Shown: positions 19,205-24,502 of the stretch, one piece after another
Layout of the letters: the number at the start of each line of letters is the position of its first letter
How positions within the stretch are numbered: position 1 is the first letter of the stretch
Virus record (IMG/VR): IMGVR_UViG_2718217868_000003
Origin: a virus
Taxonomy: Duplodnaviria; Heunggongvirae; Uroviricota; Caudoviricetes
DNA: 24,502 nt
Direction: 5' to 3' (one strand)
The notes under the pieces: generated by a model
The model's database searches: none
What the model saw: only the letters and a program-made list of their open reading frames with translations
Told to the model about the DNA's origin: nothing
Position numbers and translations under genes: made by a program

Positions 19205-19804
19205 ATGCGTAAAGTTTGTGCAGCCATTTTGTCCGCAGCCATTTGTCTGGCCGTATCCGGTGCGCCTGCATGGGCGTCTGAACATCAGTCCACGCTGAGC
19301 GCGGGGTATCTTCATGCCTCGACGAACGTCCCCGGCAGTGATGATCTGAACGGGATTAACGTGAAATACCGTTATGAGTTTACGGACACACTGGGGCTGG
19401 TGACGTCATTCAGCTATGCAGGAGACAAGAATCGCCAGCTGACCCGTTACAGCGATACCCGCTGGCATGAAGATTCCGTTCGTAACCGCTGGTTCAGCGT
19501 AATGGCGGGGCCGTCTGTGCGCGTGAATGAATGGTTCAGCGCGTATGCGATGGCGGGTGTAGCTTACAGCCGTGTGTCGACTTTCTCCGGGGATTATCTT
19601 CGCGTAACTGACAACAAGGGGAAAAAGCACGATGTGCTGACCGGAAGTGATGACGGTCGCCACAGCAACACGTCTCTGGCGTGGGGGGCTGGCGTGCAGT
19701 TTAACCCGACCGAATCCGTGGCCATTGATATTGCTTATGAAGGCTCCGGCAGTGGTGACTGGCGCACTGACGGTTTCATCGTGGGTGTCGGTTATAAATT
19801 CTGA
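19205..19804 (+). CDS. lom: Lom-family outer-membrane beta-barrel protein (Ail/Lom/OmpX family), moron
   Basis: 199 aa with signal peptide (..AVSGAPAWA) and C-terminal ..GVGYKF; bracketed by intrinsic terminators on both sides. Confidence 0.85.
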   Translation: MRKVCAAILSAAICLAVSGAPAWASEHQSTLSAGYLHASTNVPGSDDLNGINVKYRYEFTDTLGLVTSFSYAGDKNRQLTRYSDTRWHEDSVRNRWFSVMAGPSVRVNEWFSAYAMAGVAYSRVSTFSGDYLRVTDNKGKKHDVLTGSDDGRHSNTSLAWGAGVQFNPTESVAIDIAYEGSGSGDWRTDGFIVGVGYKF

Positions 19805-19830
19805 TTAGCCAGGTAACACAGTGTTATGAC

Positions 19831-19858
19831 AGCCCGCCGGTTCAGGCGGGCTTTTTTG
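19831..19858 (+). terminator. Rho-independent terminator after lom
   Basis: AGCCCGCC-GGTTCA-GGCGGGCT followed by TTTTTT. Confidence 0.65.
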
Positions 19859-19862
19859 TGGG

Positions 19863-20622
19863 GTGAATATGGCAGTAAAGATTTCAGGTGTACTGAAAGA
19901 CGGCACAGGAAAACCGGTACAGAACTGCACAATCCAGCTGAAAGCAAAACGTAACAGCACCACGGTGGTGGTGAACACGCTGGCCTCAGAAAATCCGGAT
20001 GAAGCCGGGCGTTACAGCATGGACGTTGAGTACGGGCAGTACAGCGTTATTCTGTTGGTGGAGGGATTTGCGTGGCTGGACGATTAAGGGCAAGCCCGCC
20101 AGTGGTCGTGCCGTATTGTCTCAGGAACAGGATGGCATTAAATCGCATACCCACAGCGCCAGCGCATCCAGTACGGATTTGGGGACGAAAACCACATCGT
20201 CGTTTGATTACGGCACTAAATCCACGAATAACACTGGTGCGCATACCCATAGTTTAAGTGGCAGCACGAATGCAGCTGGTAATCACAGCCATAGAGATGG
20301 CCGTCGATTTAACCCCAGTGTTTTTAAAGATACTTATCAATATGGTTATACAAGCTCAGGTCAAAATACCTGGGGTGTACAAGGCTCAGTAGGTATGTCT
20401 ACGGGGTGGTTAGCGAATACCAGTACAGATGGTAATCATAGCCATTCACTGTCCGGCACAGCAGCATCTGCAGGTGCACACGCGCATACTGTCGGTATTG
20501 GTGCTCATACGCACTCCGTTGCGATTGGTTCACATGGACACACCATCACCGTTAACGCTGCTGGTAACGCGGAAAACACCGTCAAAAACATCGCATTTAA
20601 CTATATTGTGAGGCTTGCATAA
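19863..20622 (+). pseudogene. Side tail fibre gene stf with large internal, frame-breaking deletion
   Basis: N-terminal frame ([36 protein letters not shown]..) stops at 20087; C-terminal part ([42 protein letters not shown]) continues in another frame from ~20060. His/Gly-rich repeats throughout the C-terminal part. Confidence 0.7.
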
Positions 20623-21197
20623 TGGCATTCAGAATGAGTGAACAACCACGGACCATAAAAATTTATAATCTGCTGGCCGGAACTAATGAATTTATTGGTG
20701 AAGGTGACGCATATATTCCGCCTCATACAGGTCTGCCAGCAAACAGTACCGATATTGCACCACCAGATATTCCTGCTGGCTTTGTGGCTGTTTTCAACAG
20801 TGATAAGGCATCGTGGCATCTCGATGAAGACCATCGGGGTAAAACGGTTTATGACGTAGCGTCAGGGGACGCGTTATTTATTTCTGAACTCGGTCCGTTA
20901 CCGGAAAATGTTACCTGGTTATCGCCGGAAGGGGAGTTTCAGAAGTGGAACGGCACAGCCTGGGTGAAAGATGCAGAAGCAGAAAAACTGTTCCGGATCC
21001 GAGAGGCGGAAGAAACAAAAAACAGCCTGATGCAGGTAGCCAGTGAGCATATTGCGCCACTTCAGGATGCTGTAGATCTGGAAATCGCAACGGAGGAAGA
21101 AACCTCATTGCTGGAAGCCTGGAAAAAGTATCGGGTGTTGCTGAACCGTGTTGATACGTCAACTGCACAGGATATTGAATGGCCAGCACTGCCGTAG
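20622..21197 (+). CDS. Tail fibre assembly protein (Tfa)
   Basis: 191 aa; start ATG overlaps the stf stop (ATAATGG); follows stf as in lambdoid tfa genes. Confidence 0.85.
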   Translation: MAFRMSEQPRTIKIYNLLAGTNEFIGEGDAYIPPHTGLPANSTDIAPPDIPAGFVAVFNSDKASWHLDEDHRGKTVYDVASGDALFISELGPLPENVTWLSPEGEFQKWNGTAWVKDAEAEKLFRIREAEETKNSLMQVASEHIAPLQDAVDLEIATEEETSLLEAWKKYRVLLNRVDTSTAQDIEWPALP

Positions 21198-21294
21198 GGT
21201 AAAACATATAAATTCTATAATTAGATGTATCTTTCCATTTACGGCAAGGAAGGGGGCTTGGAAGACGTAAAGCATCTCACACCGAGATTATTTT

Positions 21295-21885
21295 TTATAT
21301 GTCAGGTGTCTGAAGTTTTGCTTTGGCTCTTAAAATGGTTTGCCGCGAGGTTTTGAATTCCCGGGCAATGGCACTTATACTTACACCTGACTTAATTCGT
21401 TCGAATACCACCTGTTTCTGTTCTTCATTTAACACAGGTGGTCGACCAAAACGTTTCCCTGCGCCGCGGGCTCTTACTATCCCGGAATGAGTGCGTTCAA
21501 GTAAAAGGTCTCGTTCAAATTCAGCGACTGCTGAAATTACGTGCATCATCATTTTTCCTGTTGGACTGGTCAGGTCAATGCCCCCCAATGCTAAGCAATG
21601 CACTCTGATACCTGTTTCGGTCAGTTGTTCCACTGTTTTCCTGATATCCATTGCATTACAACCAAGGCGATCCAGTTTTGTCACAATCAATTGATCACCA
21701 CATTTCAGGCGAGCAAGCAACCGGTTAAAACCAGGACGCTCACTGGTTGCTGCTGAGCCGCTAATGTGTTCTTCGATTATTTGCTGAGGTTTGATTTTAA
21801 AACCTGCACTTTCGATTTCCCGGCGTTGATTTTCGGTGGTCTGATCCAGCGTTGATATCCGACAGTAAGCAAAAATTCGAGACAT
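21295..21885 (-). CDS. pin: Serine-recombinase DNA invertase (Pin/Gin/Hin family)
   Basis: 196 aa; N-terminal catalytic serine region (..[11 protein letters not shown]..) and C-terminal HTH. Confidence 0.9.
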   Translation of the reverse strand: MSRIFAYCRISTLDQTTENQRREIESAGFKIKPQQIIEEHISGSAATSERPGFNRLLARLKCGDQLIVTKLDRLGCNAMDIRKTVEQLTETGIRVHCLALGGIDLTSPTGKMMMHVISAVAEFERDLLLERTHSGIVRARGAGKRFGRPPVLNEEQKQVVFERIKSGVSISAIAREFKTSRQTILRAKAKLQTPDI

Positions 21886-22201
21886 AGTGAGACTCTATAC
21901 GAAATTGGTGTTCATATCATAATGCATCTCAGAAAATAATTTTGATTATTTTTGTGCATATTTGTATGTACACGTTCGAAAATAAACGAATGCGTATGCA
22001 ACCCCGTAACTTTGGTGAGACCCAAAATCGATTTTGTGAAAAATGGCTTTAACTCGGTTTGTTTTTCGAGTTCCGGGCGGACTCAAGGAAGAAGAATAGT
22101 GTTGCGTGTTATTTTAACCAGATTTCAAGTTGTTTGGTCGTGGAAAAGTGGAGCAAAATGTTGTTAAAGTGGAAAAATGATAAAAAAGTAAGTTTATTAT
22201 A

Positions 22202-22435
22202 TTACATTTTACCATTTAAATTTTGGTTGTCTTTAAGAACTGATATCGCTGTTTGTAATAATTCTTTGTTATCCAGCCATGATTTTTTCTTTATGTTTCC
22301 TTCAATGTAATCAAGCAATGTTCTGGTATTGATAGGTCTTCCCTGTTTTGCTACTTCCACTACAGCATCCCCTAGGATAATTCTTACTTCAGGAAGCTGC
22401 GCAGGGAACCACTTTAGGGTGTCTTTTGATTTCAT
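22202..22435 (-). CDS. ydfK: YdfK/YnaE family small prophage protein
   Basis: 77 aa MKSKDTLKWFPAQLPEVRIILGDAVVEVAKQGRPINTRTLLDYIEGNIKKKSWLDNKELLQTAISVLKDNQNLNGKM. Confidence 0.8.
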   Translation of the reverse strand: MKSKDTLKWFPAQLPEVRIILGDAVVEVAKQGRPINTRTLLDYIEGNIKKKSWLDNKELLQTAISVLKDNQNLNGKM

Positions 22436-22503
22436 GAAGATATTCCTTAAAATATTATTGATTTTCATTGCGATATTGTATGTCTGATTCAGGATATGTT
22501 GAC

Positions 22504-22617
22504 TTATACATCGGTTTTGTCTGGGTTATTGGATATGCCAATCCCTAATTTTATTAGGGCATGACTAAAAATGCTGAATATGATAAGGAGAGAAGTGATT
22601 ATCAGTATGCTGTTCAT
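22504..22617 (-). CDS. Candidate small membrane protein (37 aa, single TM)
   Basis: [37 protein letters not shown]; hydrophobic core; no RBS evaluated. Confidence 0.25.
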
Positions 22618-23218
22618 ATAGCCTCGAATTAGTAATGTGTTATATATGATATAGTTGACAATTTTATCTTGGGTGTTCTTAAAGTTCGTAGATAAACATT
22701 GTCGTTTCAGGTATACAGGAATGCTAACAGGTGGCGGCAAAAATCAGGCGGTTTATGGCGCAATCTGAAGTGGCAACTGCAAACTATCTTATGCAGAGAC
22801 TCTACACGGATTGGGTTTAAAAGTATACATAGATAACAGTTTTTATCTGAAGAAGAAAAATATCAAGGTGATATAGCCTATATGCCTTTGATGTGGAGGA
22901 ATGAATGTGATGGGAGTGATGTATCTGAATAGTTGAAAAACCGCAGACACACCTTATGCAAGAACGTGCTGCGGTTGGCTGGTAAATCTTTCGATAGTGC
23001 GAGTATTGAATGATTTCCAGCCGTTATTGATTTTACGCGTAACTCCATGAAAAAACTACTTATCTGTTGGGGAGTTTTTTGGGGCATATATGGGACAGAA
23101 ATAGGCCCCAGATAGACACTGAGATCGAACTTAGGATGCTTTTAAAAAAATGCAACTATCTGAAAAAACCTAGAAAACGCCAAGGAAACCACAGGATGGG
23201 AAAAAACACCTGTGAATT

Positions 23219-24502
23219 ATGGATTTCCAGTTATATTCGCTCGGCGCAGCGTTAGTGTTTCATGAAATATTTTTTCCTGAATCATCAACGGCAATGGCGT
23301 TAATTCTGGCAATGGGAACCTACGGTGCAGGTTATGTGGCGCGTATTGTCGGAGCATTTATTTTCGGCAAAATGGGCGACAGAATAGGGCGTAAAAAAGT
23401 GCTCTTTATTACCATCACCATGATGGGGATCTGTACCACCTTAATTGGTGTGTTACCGACCTATGCACAGATTGGTGTTTTTGCACCCATCTTGCTGGTG
23501 ACGTTGCGTATTATTCAGGGGTTGGGTGCAGGTGCGGAAATTTCCGGTGCCGGTACGATGCTGGCGGAATATGCGCCAAAAGGTAAGCGCGGAATTATCT
23601 CCTCATTTGTGGCTATGGGAACTAACTGCGGAACCTTGAGCGCAACGGCAATCTGGGCCTTTATGTTCTTCATTCTCAGTAAAGAGGAACTGCTGGCGTG
23701 GGGATGGCGTATACCGTTCCTGGCGAGCGTTGTCGTGATGGTCTTTGCTATCTGGTTGCGTATGAATCTGAAAGAAAGCCCGGTCTTTGAGAAGGTTAAC
23801 GACAGTAACCAACCGACAGCAAAACCTGCACCTGCTGGTAGCATGTTCCAGAGCAAATCCTTCTGGCTGGCAACAGGGCTGCGTTTTGGTCAGGCGGGTA
23901 ACTCCGGGTTAATTCAGACTTTCCTTGCAGGCTATTTAGTGCAGACGTTATTGTTTAACAAAGCAATTCCAACAGATGCATTGATGATCAGTTCGATTCT
24001 CGGCTTTATGACCATTCCGTTCCTTGGTTGGTTATCCGATAAAATTGGTCGCCGGATCCCGTATATTATTATGAATACCTCCGCGATTGTGCTGGCATGG
24101 CCAATGCTTTCTATCATTGTAGATAAAAGCTATGCCCCGAGCACCATTATGGTTGCACTGATTGTGATTCATAACTGTGCGGTGCTGGGATTATTTGCTC
24201 TGGAAAACATTACCATGGCAGAAATGTTCGGCTGTAAAAACCGCTTTACCCGGATGGCTATTTCTAAAGAAATTGGTGGTCTTATCGCTTCCGGTTTTGG
24301 TCCTATCCTGGCGGGTATTTTCTGCACCATGACGGAATCCTGGTATCCGATCGCCATTATGATCATGGCATATTCAGTGATTGGTTTAATCTCTGCGCTG
24401 AAAATGCCAGAGGTGAAAGACCGTGATTTAAGTGCGCTGGAAGACGCTGCGGAAGATCAACCGCGTGTTGTAAGAGCTGCGCAACCTTCCAGAAGTCTGT
24501 AA
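23219..24502 (+). CDS. ydfJ: Host MFS metabolite:H+ symporter, 5'-truncated by the prophage insertion
   Basis: 427-aa ORF made of transmembrane segments and ending at the window edge; starts inside the transporter with no normal N-terminus; adjacent to ydfK/pin as at the Qin junction in K-12. Confidence 0.8.
   Translation: MDFQLYSLGAALVFHEIFFPESSTAMALILAMGTYGAGYVARIVGAFIFGKMGDRIGRKKVLFITITMMGICTTLIGVLPTYAQIGVFAPILLVTLRIIQGLGAGAEISGAGTMLAEYAPKGKRGIISSFVAMGTNCGTLSATAIWAFMFFILSKEELLAWGWRIPFLASVVVMVFAIWLRMNLKESPVFEKVNDSNQPTAKPAPAGSMFQSKSFWLATGLRFGQAGNSGLIQTFLAGYLVQTLLFNKAIPTDALMISSILGFMTIPFLGWLSDKIGRRIPYIIMNTSAIVLAWPMLSIIVDKSYAPSTIMVALIVIHNCAVLGLFALENITMAEMFGCKNRFTRMAISKEIGGLIASGFGPILAGIFCTMTESWYPIAIMIMAYSVIGLISALKMPEVKDRDLSALEDAAEDQPRVVRAAQPSRSL

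Noticed and set aside
20100-20600. Repetitive His/Gly-rich periodic sequence that could be mistaken for a CRISPR array or tandem repeat.
   Set aside because: The repeats are in-frame coding repeats of the tail fibre C-terminal domain; no spacer-repeat architecture or cas genes.
20590-21295. Search for Pin crossover (gix/pix-like) inverted repeats flanking an invertible segment next to pin.
   Set aside because: I found no convincing ~26-bp inverted repeat pair around tfa and no alternative tail-fibre exon on the opposite strand; pin appears orphaned.
22878-23255. Small ORFs (69 and 62 aa) at the prophage-host junction.
   Set aside because: They overlap the presumed att/junction region, have low-complexity basic translations and no recognisable RBS.

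Overview
The window is almost entirely a cryptic lambdoid prophage of the E. coli Qin/Rac type (about 1..23218), running from a tyrosine integrase at the left edge to a junction inside the host transporter gene ydfJ (23219..24502). Gene calls rest on reading the supplied ORF translations against remembered protein families; no database search was run. Left to right: int, xis and a large DEDDh exonuclease gene on the minus strand; an O-like replication gene with five internal iterons; an AT-rich island carrying a retron-type reverse transcriptase fused to a Toprim domain; a hok/sok-type toxin locus; rem, ydfU and antiterminator Q with a downstream late promoter and terminator; cold-shock genes cspB and cspI plus a decayed cspF-like copy; a pinholin/SAR-endolysin/spanin lysis cassette; gnsB; terminase small subunit; then deletion-scarred structural genes (truncated large terminase joined to a J C-terminal remnant, lom, internally deleted stf, tfa), an orphan Pin invertase and ydfK. 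The main candidate for a novel system is the RT-Toprim gene (6008..7843) together with a putative msr-msd ncRNA (5856..5988) bounded by a perfect 12-bp inverted repeat; it sits where relBE lies in K-12 Qin. Secondary leads are an apparently intact hok leader with antisense promoter, and a 29-codon hydrophobic ORF with a strong Shine-Dalgarno between the RT and hok.
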